Shown here: piece by piece, positions 21,977-34,153 of the stretch
Layout of the letters: each line of letters begins with the position of its first letter
Position numbering within the stretch: position 1 is the first letter of the stretch
Source of the DNA: an uncultured Gemmatimonadales bacterium
Lineage (GTDB): Bacteria > Gemmatimonadota > Gemmatimonadetes > Longimicrobiales > Gaopeijiaceae
Assembly: GCA_963823035.1 (NCBI GenBank)
Contig: CAWGKG010000010.1
Location: 1 to 64,000 of the forward strand
DNA length: 64,000 nucleotides
Direction: 5' to 3'
Translations under genes and position numbers: made by a program
Notes under the pieces: model-generated
The model's database searches: none
Told to the model about the DNA's origin: nothing
The model's input: the letters and a program-made list of their open reading frames with translations, nothing else

Positions 21977-24907
21977 ATGCCACGCTCTACCCCCCGCCGG
22001 GACCTCTGCCGGTCGGCCGGATTGCTCCTCGTCCTCGCTCTCGCCCCGCTCGCCGCCGCCGGGCAGCAAGCCAACCCCTTCGCCGAGCTGGGCTTCCGCT
22101 CCATCGGCCCCGCCGTGACGGGCGGCCGCATCCACGACGTGCAGGCGCTCCCCGACGACCCCAGCACGATCTGGGTGGCGAGCGCCACCGGAGGGCTGTG
22201 GAAGTCGACCAACCGCGGAACGACCTGGACACCGGTCTTCGACGGACAGCCCACGGGCACGTTCGGCGTCGTGGCGGTTGCGCCTTCCAATCCGGACGTG
22301 GTGTGGGTGGGCACGGGCGAGCAGAACAACCGCCAGAGCAGCTCCTGGGGGAACGGCGTCTACCGCAGCACGGACGCGGGGAGCACGTGGACGCATCTGG
22401 GCCTCGAAAACACCCGCGCCATCGGACGCATCCTGGTCGATCCCACCGATCCGGACGTGGCCCTCGTCGCTGCGCTGGGCAACCTGTGGGCTCCTTCGGC
22501 CGATCGGGGCGTCTACCGCACCGCGGACGGTGGGCGCACGTGGGAGAAGGTGCTCTTCGTGGACACGCTCACCGGCGTGGTCGACATGGCGCGTGACGGC
22601 GGCGACCCGAACACGGTCTACGCGGCGACCTATCAGCGGCTCCGGCAGCCGTGGGGCTTCAACGGGGGCGGGCCTGGCAGTGGCATCTACCGGAGCACGG
22701 ACGGGGGACGGAGCTGGGAACGGCTGGGGCAGGGGCTGCCGGCCGGGCCGACGGGCCGTATCGGGCTCGCCGCCGCCGCGCACACGCGCGGGCTGGTCTA
22801 CGCGGTGATCGAGCACGCCACGGAGGAGGGGATCTACCGCTCGACGGACGGCGGTGGCCGCTGGGAGCGGATGAGCGACATGAACTCCCGCCCCATGTAC
22901 TACAGCCACCTCTACGTGGACCCCACGAACGACCGGCGTCTCTACTTCCTGACGCGGTGGTTCTACTCGAGCGAGGACGGCGGCGCCACCTGGCGGACGA
23001 TGCCCACCGAGCCGACGTACGACGTCGGCCTGAAGGGCGACTATCATGCGATGTGGGTCGACCGGAACGATTCCCGTCACTTCTACCTGGCGGGAGACGG
23101 CGGCCTCTACCAGACGTGGGACCGAGGCGAGACGTACGTCCCCTACGAGAACATCCCGATCTCGCAGCTCTACGGCCTCGGCCTGGACGACCGCTCCCCC
23201 TACTGGATCTACGCGGGATTCCAGGACGTCCACTCCTGGCAGGGGCCGAGCGCGACGCGCCACTACCTGGGCATCACGTCGGGCGACTGGCGGGAGATCG
23301 GCTTCAACGACGGCGTCGAGCACGACGTGGACGTGGACGGGCCGCGCTACGTGTACAGCAACGCGGTCGGCGGCGACCTCACGCTCGTGGACGCGCTCAC
23401 GGGGGACCGGCGCGAGATCCTCCCGGCCGCCGGGCCGGGCGAGCCGGAGCTGCGCTGGGAGTGGATCACGCCGGGCACGGCCTCGCGCTTCACGCCGGGG
23501 ACGTACTACTACGGCGCCCAACGTTTGATGGTCTCGCGCGACCATGGCACGACGTGGACCGGCACGGAGGACCTGACGCGGGGGATCGACCGGGACACGC
23601 TCTCGATCATGGGCGTGAAGGGATCGGAGCCGATGATCTCGAAGAACGACGGCCAGAGCGCGTTCAGCGCGTTGAGCGCCGTCGCCGAGTCGCCGCTCGA
23701 TCCCACCGTCCTCTGGGTGGGGAGCGACGACGGGAACGTCCAGGTCAGCCGGGACGGTGGCGCCACCTGGTCGGAGGTCGGGCGGAACCTCCCGAACGGG
23801 CCCCGCGGCGCGTACGTCGCCCGCGTCGCGCCTTCACGTGAAGGACCGGGTGTGGCCTATCTGGCCGTCGACGACCACAGGCGCGGCGACTTCCGGCCCT
23901 ACGTCTACCGAACGGAGGACTTCGGGCAGAGCTGGACATCCATCGCCGCGGCCCTTCCGGCCGACGGCTCCGTCCGCTTCGTGGGCGAGCACCCCGACCG
24001 GGCGGGTGCGCTGTTCCTCGGGACCGAGCACGCGCTGTACGCCTCGCCCGACCGGGGCGCGACGTGGTATCGGCTCGGCGCCGACCTCCCGCCCACGATC
24101 TACACGGAGGTGGAGGTGCAGCCGCGCACGCACGACGCCGTGGTCGCCACACACGGCCGCGGCGTCTGGATCCTCGACGACGCCTCCTCCCTCGCGGAAT
24201 GGACGCCGGAGGTGGCCGCGGAGCCCGCGCACCTCTTCTCGATCCGCCCCGCCCACATCTGGCAGTACTGGGAGGACGATTCGTACCGCGGGCAGGACTA
24301 CTGGACGGGCGAGAACCCGCCCGAGGGCGCGATCCTCGACTACTCCCTCGGTCGCGCGGCCTCCTCCGTGCAGATCACGATCGCCGACGGTGACGGGAAC
24401 GTCGTGCGCACGCTCACCGGCGATCCGGGAGCCGGCACCATCCACAGGGTGGTGTGGGACCTGCGCCACGAGCCCCCGCCCTCGGAGGCGGTGGACACGG
24501 ACAGCCCGCAGGCGCAGGCGCTCCCGCGACCGCCTCGTCCGCTCGCCCCTCCGGGTCCGTGGGTCTCGCCGGGGACGTACATGGTGACCCTCACCGCGGG
24601 CGGAGCCTCCGCCAGCACGACACTGCTGGTGCAAGGCGATCCGGGGATGCCGGCGCTGACCGATGCCCAGTACCGGGAGCGCGAGCGCTTCCTGGTGGAG
24701 CTCCTGGAGCTACAGAATGCTGCCTTCACGCGGGCGGGACGTGGTGGCGCGTCCGCCGCAGCGCGGCGCGTCTATTTCGGAGCGTCCGGTCTCGCGTCGG
24801 AGTTCAACGGGCGCGGCGCCGTGCAGGGATCGCTGTATCCGCCCACCCCGGTGCAGCGGCGCAGGCTGGAGGCTCTGAGGGCGGAGCTCGCACGCCTGGG
24901 GGGATGA
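21977..24907 (+). CDS. Sec-exported VPS10/sortilin-like BNR-repeat protein
   Basis: Intact 976-aa [32 protein letters not shown], repeated S-x-D-G-G-x-[14 protein letters not shown]. Confidence 0.9.
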   Translation: MPRSTPRRDLCRSAGLLLVLALAPLAAAGQQANPFAELGFRSIGPAVTGGRIHDVQALPDDPSTIWVASATGGLWKSTNRGTTWTPVFDGQPTGTFGVVAVAPSNPDVVWVGTGEQNNRQSSSWGNGVYRSTDAGSTWTHLGLENTRAIGRILVDPTDPDVALVAALGNLWAPSADRGVYRTADGGRTWEKVLFVDTLTGVVDMARDGGDPNTVYAATYQRLRQPWGFNGGGPGSGIYRSTDGGRSWERLGQGLPAGPTGRIGLAAAAHTRGLVYAVIEHATEEGIYRSTDGGGRWERMSDMNSRPMYYSHLYVDPTNDRRLYFLTRWFYSSEDGGATWRTMPTEPTYDVGLKGDYHAMWVDRNDSRHFYLAGDGGLYQTWDRGETYVPYENIPISQLYGLGLDDRSPYWIYAGFQDVHSWQGPSATRHYLGITSGDWREIGFNDGVEHDVDVDGPRYVYSNAVGGDLTLVDALTGDRREILPAAGPGEPELRWEWITPGTASRFTPGTYYYGAQRLMVSRDHGTTWTGTEDLTRGIDRDTLSIMGVKGSEPMISKNDGQSAFSALSAVAESPLDPTVLWVGSDDGNVQVSRDGGATWSEVGRNLPNGPRGAYVARVAPSREGPGVAYLAVDDHRRGDFRPYVYRTEDFGQSWTSIAAALPADGSVRFVGEHPDRAGALFLGTEHALYASPDRGATWYRLGADLPPTIYTEVEVQPRTHDAVVATHGRGVWILDDASSLAEWTPEVAAEPAHLFSIRPAHIWQYWEDDSYRGQDYWTGENPPEGAILDYSLGRAASSVQITIADGDGNVVRTLTGDPGAGTIHRVVWDLRHEPPPSEAVDTDSPQAQALPRPPRPLAPPGPWVSPGTYMVTLTAGGASASTTLLVQGDPGMPALTDAQYRERERFLVELLELQNAAFTRAGRGGASAAARRVYFGASGLASEFNGRGAVQGSLYPPTPVQRRRLEALRAELARLGG

Positions 24908-24932
24908 GCCGGCCGGCATACACTGCACCACA

Positions 24933-25925
24933 CTACGGCGTCACCTCGCTGCAGCTCACGGCCGAGACCGTATACGCCACGCCGCCGATCTCATCGTCGC
25001 CTTCACTCACGGTGACGCTCTCCGGCTCCACGGTGGCGGTCCAGAGGAGCTGCTCCGTCTCGAAGACCGTCTCGGCCGCGTAACCGAGGGCGTAGCCGTC
25101 GGGTTCGGCGACGCCGATCCGGAAGGTGAAGCCGGCATCCGAGGGCATCGTTGCGCCGGTGAAGAGGAGCGCCATGCCCTCGTCGTCGGTCAGCGTGGCT
25201 GCCGTGGCCGTCGGCACGAAGTCGGCGAGCGTGCGCGCCGCTCCGCCGCACGCGGGGACCTCCACGTCACTCGCCAGCGATACGGTGCCCGCGATGCGCT
25301 CGCTTCCGGCCCCGTCCTCGATGTCGTCCGGGTCCGCGACCGAGCCGTGCACGACCGGGTGCATGACCCATTTCCCCGACTGTCCGGCCTGGTGGCCGAA
25401 GCTCTGCGTCAGGTCGAAGTCGAGGAGGAAGCCGTTGTCGCCGTCCTCGAGCGTGAAGGCGTTGCCGAGCTTCACCTTGATGCCGCTCTGCGAGCAGCTC
25501 GGGCACTGGAGGGGTCCGGTCGCCACCAGGTCCTCCGGGAGCTCGACGTCGCCGAACGAGTACACGTTGTCCCCCGCCTGCAGCACCGCTCCGGAGAGCA
25601 CGAGGCGCACCTCGGAGTAGGTGCCCGGATCGATGGGGTGGTCCTCGACCAGCGCCGCCGCCGAGTCGGTGAGCACCGTCACCTCGAGCAGGTCGCTCGG
25701 CTCCGAGAGGAGGGACACCTGCCCTCCGTCGCCGACGAGGACCACGTCTTCGACCTGCAGCCAGACCCTGTCGACGTCGCCCGGTGCGTCCTTCAGGAAG
25801 ACCGAGAGCGTCGTCGCCGCGGCGCCCTCGTCGGTTGGCGAGTCGCCACAGGAAGCCGTGACGAGGGGAACCAGCGCGAGTGCGGCGCAGGTCACGAGCG
25901 AATGCTTCACGAAAGTGTGGCCCAC
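24933..25925 (-). CDS. DUF4382 domain lipoprotein
   Basis: Lipobox [53 protein letters not shown]. Confidence 0.8.
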   Translation of the reverse strand: MGHTFVKHSLVTCAALALVPLVTASCGDSPTDEGAAATTLSVFLKDAPGDVDRVWLQVEDVVLVGDGGQVSLLSEPSDLLEVTVLTDSAAALVEDHPIDPGTYSEVRLVLSGAVLQAGDNVYSFGDVELPEDLVATGPLQCPSCSQSGIKVKLGNAFTLEDGDNGFLLDFDLTQSFGHQAGQSGKWVMHPVVHGSVADPDDIEDGAGSERIAGTVSLASDVEVPACGGAARTLADFVPTATAATLTDDEGMALLFTGATMPSDAGFTFRIGVAEPDGYALGYAAETVFETEQLLWTATVEPESVTVSEGDDEIGGVAYTVSAVSCSEVTP

Positions 25926-25981
25926 GGGACCCTCCACTTCGGGTTCGACCTTCCACGATCTGACTCAGGTAGGATGACCTC

Positions 25982-25996
25982 GCAAGCGACGTGCCA
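25982..25996 (-). promoter_or_regulatory. Sigma54 (-24/-12) promoter for the DUF4382 gene
   Basis: Minus strand TGGCACGTCGCTTGC, exact match to TGGCAC-N5-TTGC, ~55 bp upstream of the start. Confidence 0.75.
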
Positions 25997-26249
25997 TCCG
26001 ACCATCCGCGCGCCTCCCGGTCCGCCCGGCGCCAGGCTTCCGGGTGGTTCGCGACACCGATCGGGAGGCCGCGCCGCCCGAGCCGTGGGTGGGGGCGGTG
26101 GCACCAATGGCAACCTACGGCCTATCTCCAGCATACCTGGATCGCGTCGGGCACGTGGTCTGGGAAGGACGTCCCCGGCGAGGGACTCCCGGAAATCCTG
26201 GGCCCGCGGAGGCCTGGACAAGGAAACCCCGCCCACGGAAGAGGAACGC

Positions 26250-28206
26250 ATGGAACGCCCCAAGGGCCCTCCGACGGCCACGCGGCCGCGTACCGGCGAC
26301 GACCTGCACCTGACCGACGACGATCTCCACTGGTTCGGGGAGGGGAGCCACTACCGGCTCTATGAGAAGCTCGGCGCGCACGCCTCCGAGGAGGACGGTC
26401 ACGAGGGAACGCGCTTCACCGTCTGGGCGCCGCAGGCGCGCGCCGTCTCGGTGATCGGTGAATTCAACGGGTGGGACCCGGACGCGAGCCCGCTCACCCC
26501 GGCGGGCGTGTCCGGGCTCTGGTCGGGGTTCGAGCCGGACGTCGGCTCCGGAGCCCCCTACAAGTACCACGTCGCGTCCGCGCGCTCGGGCTACGAGGTG
26601 GACAAGGCCGACCCCTTCGCCTTCCGTACGCTGACGGCCCCGGAAACGGTGTCGGTGGTGTGGGACCTCGCCTACGACTGGCACGACCACGATTGGATGG
26701 CGCGCCGGCCCGAGCACAGCGACGCCCACGACCCCGTGTCGATCTACGAGGTGCACCTGGGCTCCTGGCGGCGCCCGGGCGACGACCCACGTGGCTTCCT
26801 GAGCTATCGGGACCTCGCGCACCAGCTCGCGGAGCACGTGAAGGAGATGGGCTTCACGCACGTGGAGCTGCTTCCCGTCACGGAGCACCCCTTCTACGGT
26901 TCGTGGGGCTACCAGGTCACCTCGTTCTTCGCGCCCACCGCGCGGTACGGGACGCCGCAGGACCTGATGTACCTCGTCGACCATCTCCATCAGAACGACA
27001 TCGCGGTGATCCTCGACTGGGTGCCGTCGCACTTCCCCTCGGACGAGCACGCGCTCGGGTACTTCGACGGGAGCCACCTGTACGAGCACGAAGACCCGCG
27101 CCAGGGCATCCACCCCGACTGGAACAGCCTGATCTTCAACTACGACCGCCACGAGGTGCGCTCCTTCCTGCTGAGCAGCGCGCTGTTCTGGATGGATCTC
27201 TACCATGCGGACGGGCTGCGCGTCGACGCCGTCGCGTCCATGCTCTACCTCGACTACTCGCGCAAGGAGGGGGAGTGGATCCCCAACCGCCACGGCGGGC
27301 GCGAGAACCTCGGGGCGATCCAGTTCCTGCGGGAGCTCAACGAGACGCTCTACCGCGAATACCCGGGCGCCGACACCATCGCGGAGGAGTCGACCGCGTG
27401 GCCGATGGTGTCCCGCCCCACCTACGTGGGAGGTCTGGGCTTCGGGATGAAGTGGGACATGGGGTGGATGCACGACACGCTGGAGTACTTCCGCATGGAT
27501 CCCATCTACAGGAAGTACCACCACGACCGTCTCACCTTCCGCCAGCTCTACGCCTCCTCCGAGAACTTCGTGCTGCCGCTCAGCCACGACGAGGTCGTGC
27601 ACGGGAAGGGATCGCTCCTCGGGCAAGATGCCCGGGGACGAGTGGCAGCGCTTCGCGAACCTCCGACTCCTCTACGCGTGGATGTTCGCCCAGCCCGGCA
27701 AGAAGCTGCTCTTCATGGGCGCCGAGCTCGCGCAGGGGCGTGAATGGAGCCACGAGCGGAGCCTGGACTGGCACCTCCTGGAGTACCCGAACCACGAGGG
27801 CGTGCGACGCTGGGTGGCCGATCTCAACGGCATGTACCGGCGTGAGCCTGCGCTCCACCGGCGCGACTTCGAGCCGGGCGGCTTCGAGTGGGTGGACTGC
27901 TCCGATTGGGAGGACAGCGTGGTGAGCCTCCTGCGGCGGGGCGGGGACGGAGAGCCCGAGATCCTCGCGGCGTTCAACTTCACGCCCGTACCTCGCCACG
28001 ACTACCGGATCGGGGTTCCTCACGGCGGGGCGTGGACCGAGATCGCGAACAGCGACGCGCCGCTCTACGGGGGCAGCGGGCAGGGGAATCTGGGCGGCAT
28101 CCAGGCGGAGCCCGTCCGGAGCCATGGTCGCCCCTTCTCCCTGAACGCGGTGCTCCCCCCGCTGGGAGCGGTCTTCCTCAGAGCGCCGGCCGGGAACGGC
28201 GGATGA
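26250..28206 (+). CDS. glgB: 1,4-alpha-glucan branching enzyme (frameshift near 27620)
   Basis: [61 protein letters not shown]. Confidence 0.95.
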
Positions 28207-28297
28207 CGTCGGAGGGCCCGCGCGGCTGAGGCGGGGAGCGACCTGAAGCGCGCGGGCGGTGTAGGTTACCGGCGAGAATGCCGGCCCGACCCCGACG

Positions 28298-29787
28298 ATG
28301 CGCGCATTGAATCCACGGATCCCAAGCTTCGCCGCGGCCCTGCTCCCGATTGTCGCCGGGTGCGCCGCGTCGACACCGACGCCCGAGCTGCGGGGGGCGT
28401 GGGCGCCGGCGTGCGTGCTCTCCCTGCCGGCCGCGGCGGGAGCGGCGCGGGGGGATCCGATCCGGGTCGCGCTCGCCGGATCGGCCGAGCCGGCCGGGGC
28501 ACCCGCGGCGACGGACGCAAGCCAGCGCTTCGTCTACCGACAGCTCTACGAGACGCTCGTGGAGGTCGACTGCGAGGGTCGCGTGCGCCCGGGGCTCGCC
28601 AGCGCCTGGTCGCACGGCGACGGGGGGCGCCGCTGGAGCTTCACGCTCCGTCCCGACGCGCGCTTCTGGGACGGCTCGCTCGTGACGGCGCAGGCGGTCG
28701 CGCGGAGCTGGCTCTCGGCCGGGCGATCCACGACGGCGCGCTCGGGCATGCCGCGGATCGTCTCGGCGAGCGTCGTCGGCCCGCTCGAGCTGACCGTTCT
28801 GCTCAGGGACCCCACCGCCTCTCCCGAGCGGTTCGCCCGGCCGGCGCTCGCGGTGACCGGTGACGGCTTCGCCGGCCCCTGGCCGATGGGCAGCGGCGTG
28901 TTCCGGCCGCTCACCGCCGGGCGCACCTCGGGGGAAGTCCGCCTCATCGGCGGGGCCGGGTGGTGGAGCCGGTGCGTTGACCTTCGTCCCGTCGGCGAGC
29001 CCGGATGCGCGCGTCGCGCTCGACGCGGGCGCCGACGTCGTGGTGTCGTCGGACCCCGCGGTGCTCGACTACGCGAGGGCGCTCTCCGACTTCACGATCA
29101 CCGCCCTCCCGTGGTCGCGGACCTACGTGCTCGCCGCGGCGCAGGGAAGCGCGTGGGGGTCCGAGGCGCCGCCCACCGCGCCGCGGGAGGCCCTCGAGAG
29201 CCTGGCGGGCGGCGCCGTGCGCGCCGAGGCTCGCCCCGCCCAGGGACCCTTCTGGTGGCGCGAGGGCGGCTGCGGCGAGGACCCGCCCGCCGATGCCGCG
29301 GCGCGGGGCCCTGCGGCCGGTGGACCCCGGGCGCCGCCACGGCGGGCGCATCGCCTATCCGCTCGGGGACGCCGTCGCGCAGGGGATCGCCGAACGGCTG
29401 GTGGCGCTCACCATCCGCGGCTCCGCGGTGCCCGCCTGGCTGGCCACCGCGATCTTCCGGCTGCCCTCCGCCCCCGCACCGACCGTGGCCGCCGGACTCG
29501 ACCCGATCACCCTGGCGGGGGCCGTGCGCCGGGGCGACGGGCTCGCGTTCGTCGTTCCCGTGCCGCGCGCGCCTGGCGGCTCGTGCGCGTCGGCCCTCCT
29601 CGCGGGGGAGGATCCGGTCGCGGGGGCCATCCTCGCGCCGTCGTCCGGAATGCGCGTCACGCCTCTGGTGGACGTCCGGTCCTCCCTCGTCCTGAGGCGA
29701 GGGGTCACCGGAATCGCGATCGACGGCGACGGGACGCTGCACTTCCTCCCGGCCGGGCCGACACCCGGGGGCGGAAGACGGCCGTGA
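28298..29787 (+). CDS. Family-5 ABC substrate-binding-like lipoprotein, no cognate permease in window (frameshifted)
   Basis: Lipobox VAGC; QLYETLVEVDCEGRVRPGLASAWS..WSFTLRPDARFWDGSLVTA is the SBP_bac_5 N-terminal signature; C-terminal half divergent. Confidence 0.7.
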
Positions 29788-31502
29788 GCTTCCGCACCCG
29801 CGTCCTGATCGCCTCCGTCGTGGTGGCCGTGCTGCCTCTCGGGCTGCTCACGTTCGGGATCCGCCGGGAGGTGGAGAAACAGCTGACGGCTCAGTACAGA
29901 GCCCGCGTCGACGCGGCGATCGCCGCCGTGCGGGAAGACGTGCGCCGCCAGGGCGAGGTCGTCGACGCGCGGCTCGTGGCCCTCGCCTCCGGCGTGGTGG
30001 AGAACACCGAGGTGCGGCGTGCGATGCTGCACGGGGCGGAGGGTCGCGAGCTGATCGACTGGGCGGGAGGAGCCATGCCCCTCGCCGGGCTGGACTACCT
30101 CCTGCTGCTCGATCCTTCGGGTCGGGTGCTCAGCTCGGGTCACTTCCGCAACGAGTTCGACCGGGGGGCCGGAGCGGTCGACGGCGTCCTCGCCGACGCC
30201 GTGAGCCCGGTGCTCGTGCGGGCACGCACGGCCGAGGGCACGTTCCTCGCGTTGGCCCGGGCCCGGACGTTCGAGCTGGGCGGCCGCCGCTTCCTCCTGG
30301 CCGGTGGCATCTCCATCGACCGGAGCTTCCTCGACCGGCTGGCGCGGGGCGAGGACGCCGGTGGCCTCACCGTCGCGCTGTTGCGTCCGGGGGAGGGGGA
30401 CTCGGCGGCCCCGCCGCCAACACCACGGCCATGACGTCCGAGCTGGCGCTGCCCTTCGTCGACGACGCGGTGGCCGAGCCTGCCAGGGACACGGCGCACA
30501 TCGTGGTGTCGCATTCGCTCGCGCCGCTCCTGGCGCTGCAGCGTGGGATGGACGTCTGGTTCGTGGTGGGCCTGCTGGGCGCGCTCGTCCTCGCCGTGAT
30601 CATCGCCCAGGTCGTCTCGGCACGAGTCAGCCGACCGCTGACCGAGCTGGCGGGGAAGACCCGCCGCCTCGACCTCGACCGCCTGGACGTCGACTTCCGG
30701 TCGACGCGCCGCGACGAGGTCGGGACGCTCGCCCGCCTCATGGGCGCCATGGTCGAGCGCCTGCGGGGCAGCGTCGCGCAGCTCAAGCAGGCCGAGAGGC
30801 GGGCCGCCGTGGGCGACATGGCGCGCCAGGTGAACCACGACATCCGCAACGGGCTGCTGCCCATTCGTAACGTGGTGCACCACCTCTCGGAGGTGGCGCG
30901 GGAGTCACCGACCGAGTTGGCCGGGGTCTTCGCCGAGCGCGAGGGTACGCTCGCGGGAGGCATCGGATACCTGGAGGGGCTGGCCTCCACCTACGCCCGG
31001 CTTGTCGCCGCGCGCGGACCGGCGGCCCACCGATCTGAACGACGTGGCGCGCACGGTGGTGCGCGACGCGGGCGTGCCACCCGGCGCGACGCTGCGCGAA
31101 GACCTGGATCCGCTCCTTCCCCGGGTGGCGGGGGACCCCGTCGTGCTGCGCCGCGTCGTCGAGAACCTGGTCGTGAACGCGCTCGAGAGCCTGAACGGGG
31201 GCGGAGGCGTGGTGGTGTCGACGGCCGCCCGTCGCGACGAGCGTGGCTCCACGGTGACACTCACCGTGGCCGACACCGGAAGCGGGATGGACACGGCGCG
31301 GATGGAGCGCATCTTCGAGGACTACTTCACGACCAAGCCCCGGGGAACCGGTCTCGGCCTCTCCATCGTACGGCGCCTGGTCGCCGACCTCGGAGGTCGC
31401 ATCGACGTGGAGAGCGAGCCCGGTCGCGGCAGCCGCTTCCGCGTGGAGCTTCCCGGCCTCGACGCGACGGGCGTCGCGTCCTCGGCCCCGGAGACGCCAT
31501 GA
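29784..31502 (+). CDS. HAMP-containing sensor histidine kinase (NtrY-like; frameshifted)
   Basis: Two TMs, HAMP (RRDEVGTLA), H-box MARQVNHDIRN, N box ENLVVNA, DTGSGM, TTKPRGTGLGLSIV; shifts near 30420 and 31000. Confidence 0.88.
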
Positions 31503-32857
31503 CGAAGCGCATCCTCGTGGTCGACGACGTGGCCACGATGGCGGAGCAGTACGCCTACGACCTGAGGCGGCTCGGTGGCTGGAAGACCCGCGTCGCGACG
31601 GGCGGCCGCGAGGCGCTCGACGCGCTGGCCGAGGAGGCGATCGACTGCGTCATCCTCGACCTCGAGATGCCTGGCGTCGATGGCTTCGACGTCCTGCGCA
31701 GGATGGCCGAGCGGGAGCTGGACGTTCCCGTCATCGTCTACACCGGCACCGGCGACTTCGACCGCTGCGCGCAGGCGATCCGCCTGGGCGCCTACGGCTT
31801 CATCGACAAGTCCGAGTCCATGCAGCGCGTGGTGCACGAGGTGCGCACCGCGCTCGAGCACGGCCGCCTGGTGACGGAGGTGAAGACGCTGCGCGCCCGC
31901 GTCGACGCCGACACGTCGCTCCTCGGCGGGAGCCCGGCGATGCAGCGTCTGAAGGAGGAGATGCGCCGCGTCGCGCCGATCCCCAGCCCCGTCCTGATCG
32001 TCGGCGAGAGCGGGTCGGGGAAGGAGCTCGTGGCCCGCGACCTCCATGCGCTGCGCGGCCCGGAGGACGCGGCCTTCGTGGCGGTGAACTGCGCGGCGCT
32101 GCCGGAGACGTTGGTGGAGAGCGAGCTCTTCGGCCACGAGCGGGGTGCGTTCACGGGAGCGGATCGCACCCGGCGTGGCGCCTTCGAGCAGGCCGAGGGC
32201 GGGACCCTCTTCCTCGACGAGGTCGGCGAGCTGCCGCTGGCCGCGCAGGCCAAGCTCCTGCGCGTGCTCGAGAGCCGGGAGCTCACCCGCGTGGGTGGGG
32301 AGCGGACGATCCAGGTGGACGCGCGCGTGCTCGCCGCAACGCACCGCGACCTCGAGGGCGACGTGGAGGCGAAGCGCTTCCGGCAGGACCTCCTCTACCG
32401 GCTGAACGTGCACGTGCTGCGCGTGCCGCCGCTGCGGGAGCGGCCTTCCGACGTGCCGCTCCTGGTGCAGCACTTCCTGGCCACGGTCTGCGAGCGCTTC
32501 GGCATCCCTCCCAAGACGATCGACGAGGGCGCGCTCCGCATCCTCGAGGCGTACGACTGGCGCCGCAACAACGTGCGCGAACTGAGGAACATCGTGGAGC
32601 GCCTCGTCCTCGGGGCGGACGACGACGCGGTGCACGCCGAGGACGTTCCGGCCGAGATCCGCGACGACGCGCCCGTCTCCGGGGAAGGGCTCCCCCGCTC
32701 CTTCCAGGAGCTGCGGGCGGAGGCGGAGCGGGAGATCGTGCTGGGCGCCCTCCACCGGAACGAGGGTCACGTGACCAACGCCGCCGAGGACCTTGGGCTC
32801 GCCGACCACGCCAGCCTGCTCAAGATCATGCGGCGACTGGGGATCCGGCGGGACTGA
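31499..32857 (+). CDS. Sigma54-dependent response regulator (NtrC family)
   Basis: REC (LVVDD, DLEMPG), GESGSGKE, GAFTGA, LFLDEV, FRQDLLYRL, C-terminal HTH. Confidence 0.95.
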   Translation: MTKRILVVDDVATMAEQYAYDLRRLGGWKTRVATGGREALDALAEEAIDCVILDLEMPGVDGFDVLRRMAERELDVPVIVYTGTGDFDRCAQAIRLGAYGFIDKSESMQRVVHEVRTALEHGRLVTEVKTLRARVDADTSLLGGSPAMQRLKEEMRRVAPIPSPVLIVGESGSGKELVARDLHALRGPEDAAFVAVNCAALPETLVESELFGHERGAFTGADRTRRGAFEQAEGGTLFLDEVGELPLAAQAKLLRVLESRELTRVGGERTIQVDARVLAATHRDLEGDVEAKRFRQDLLYRLNVHVLRVPPLRERPSDVPLLVQHFLATVCERFGIPPKTIDEGALRILEAYDWRRNNVRELRNIVERLVLGADDDAVHAEDVPAEIRDDAPVSGEGLPRSFQELRAEAEREIVLGALHRNEGHVTNAAEDLGLADHASLLKIMRRLGIRRD

Positions 32858-32863
32858 GCGTTT

Positions 32864-32913
32864 GTGTCCATCTGGACACGCCACGCTCCCGTCAGCGTGT
32901 CCGAGTGGACACG
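32864..32913. promoter_or_regulatory. Tandem palindromes, putative enhancer (UAS) for the adjacent activator
   Basis: GTGTCCA-TC-TGGACAC (32864-32879) and CGTGTCC-GAGT-GGACACG (32896-32913), centres 33 bp apart. Confidence 0.65.
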
Positions 32914-33000
32914 TCCCGACGTTCGTCCGCCCCATGTCCCATCTCCGTAAAACGTTGTCGGAATGAAGGTTAGGATAGATCGTACCGCCTTCCTCGACGG

Positions 33001-33015
33001 TGGCCGCCGCTTTGC
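33001..33015 (+). promoter_or_regulatory. Sigma54 promoter for the TPR lipoprotein gene
   Basis: TGGCCGCCGCTTTGC = GG-N10-GC; IHF-like core CAA-N4-TTA on the minus strand at 32948-32957. Confidence 0.65.
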
Positions 33016-33081
33016 CCTTCTCAAAGGGCGTCGATCTCAATGCAGACGGCGCCCGAGGGCGCCCGAGAGGAGGAGGGAACC

Positions 33082-34080
33082 ATGGCGGCGAAGCATGCGA
33101 TCACGAGCGGCGGGGCGCGGGGGCAGCGATGGGTGACGGCGGCGATGACGGTGCTCGCGCTGGGTGCGGCGGCCTGCGGAGGGGACGAGGGGGCGACGAA
33201 GCAGGCTCAGGCGAAGCAGCCCACCCGGGTGGCCACAACGCCCGCTCCCGTCGTGCGCCCGGCGTCCGACACGGCGGCGCTGCCCCCCGAGCCGGTCGCG
33301 AAGGTGACGCGGGAGGTGACCTACCAGGAGGCCGAGGGCGTCTTCAGGAAGGGCGACTACACGGAAGCCGCCGACCTCTTCGAGGCGTACACGGATCAGA
33401 AGCCGGAGAACGTGTGGGGTCACTACATGCACGGGCTGGCCGCGTGGAAGGCGGGCGATCGGGGCACCGCGGAGCAGGCGCTCGAGCGCGCGGTGGAGCT
33501 CGACCCGGACAACGTGAAGGCGCTCGTGAACCTGGGTCGCGTCCTCCTGGAGGACGGGCGCGCCGACGAGGCGGAGACGCATCTGGAGCACGCCGCGGAC
33601 GTGTCGCCGGACACCGAGGACGTCTGGCGGGTGCTGGCCAACGTGCAGGCGGAGCTGGGCAAGACCGACATGGCGGTGGAGTCGTACCAGATGGCGCTGG
33701 GCCTGAACGGCGAGGACTCCTGGTCGATGAACAACCTCGGCCTGGTCATGATCCGCCTCGGCCACTATGAGGAGGCGCTGGGGCCCCTGGCGCGCGCCGT
33801 CGAGCTCAAGCCCGGCTCCCCGGTCTTCCAGAACAACCTGGGTGTCGCGCTCGAGCGAAGCGGCTACCTGGTGGCGGCCGCGGAGGCGTACCGCTCGGCG
33901 ATGGCGGCGGACAGCTCCTACCACAAGGCCGCGACGAGCCTGGAGCGCGTCGAGCCGCTGGCGGGTCAGTCCCGTCCGGACATCGCCGACCTGACCGCGA
34001 TGGCGCAGGCGTTCGCCGACGAGGTCGCGCTGTGGGGCGACGGGTCGACGGTCGCGCAGAGCCGAGCCCCGGGGATGTGA
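33082..34080 (+). CDS. Tetratricopeptide-repeat lipoprotein
   Basis: AGGAGG SD; lipobox AAAC; TPRs such as ALERAVELDPDNVKALVNLGRV, SMNNLGLV, FQNNLGVA (alternative start 33040). Confidence 0.85.
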   Translation: MAAKHAITSGGARGQRWVTAAMTVLALGAAACGGDEGATKQAQAKQPTRVATTPAPVVRPASDTAALPPEPVAKVTREVTYQEAEGVFRKGDYTEAADLFEAYTDQKPENVWGHYMHGLAAWKAGDRGTAEQALERAVELDPDNVKALVNLGRVLLEDGRADEAETHLEHAADVSPDTEDVWRVLANVQAELGKTDMAVESYQMALGLNGEDSWSMNNLGLVMIRLGHYEEALGPLARAVELKPGSPVFQNNLGVALERSGYLVAAAEAYRSAMAADSSYHKAATSLERVEPLAGQSRPDIADLTAMAQAFADEVALWGDGSTVAQSRAPGM

Positions 34081-34115
34081 GCCGGCGTGTGTGACCAGCC
34101 CCCCAGGGTGTGGGG

Positions 34116-34145
34116 CGGCCCCGCGGGCTTCGGCCCGCGGGGCCG
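34116..34145. terminator. GC-rich hairpin between convergent TPR genes
   Basis: CGGCCCCGCGGGC-TTCG-GCCCGCGGGGCCG, perfect 13-bp stem; no U-tract. Confidence 0.65.
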
Positions 34146-34153
34146 ATGCCGTC

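Noticed and set aside
30431..32857. 808-aa HAMP-HisKA-REC-AAA fusion in the ORF track
   Set aside because: A frameshift near 31000 moves the kinase ATPase domain to another frame (31002-31502); the regulator has its own ATG at 31499
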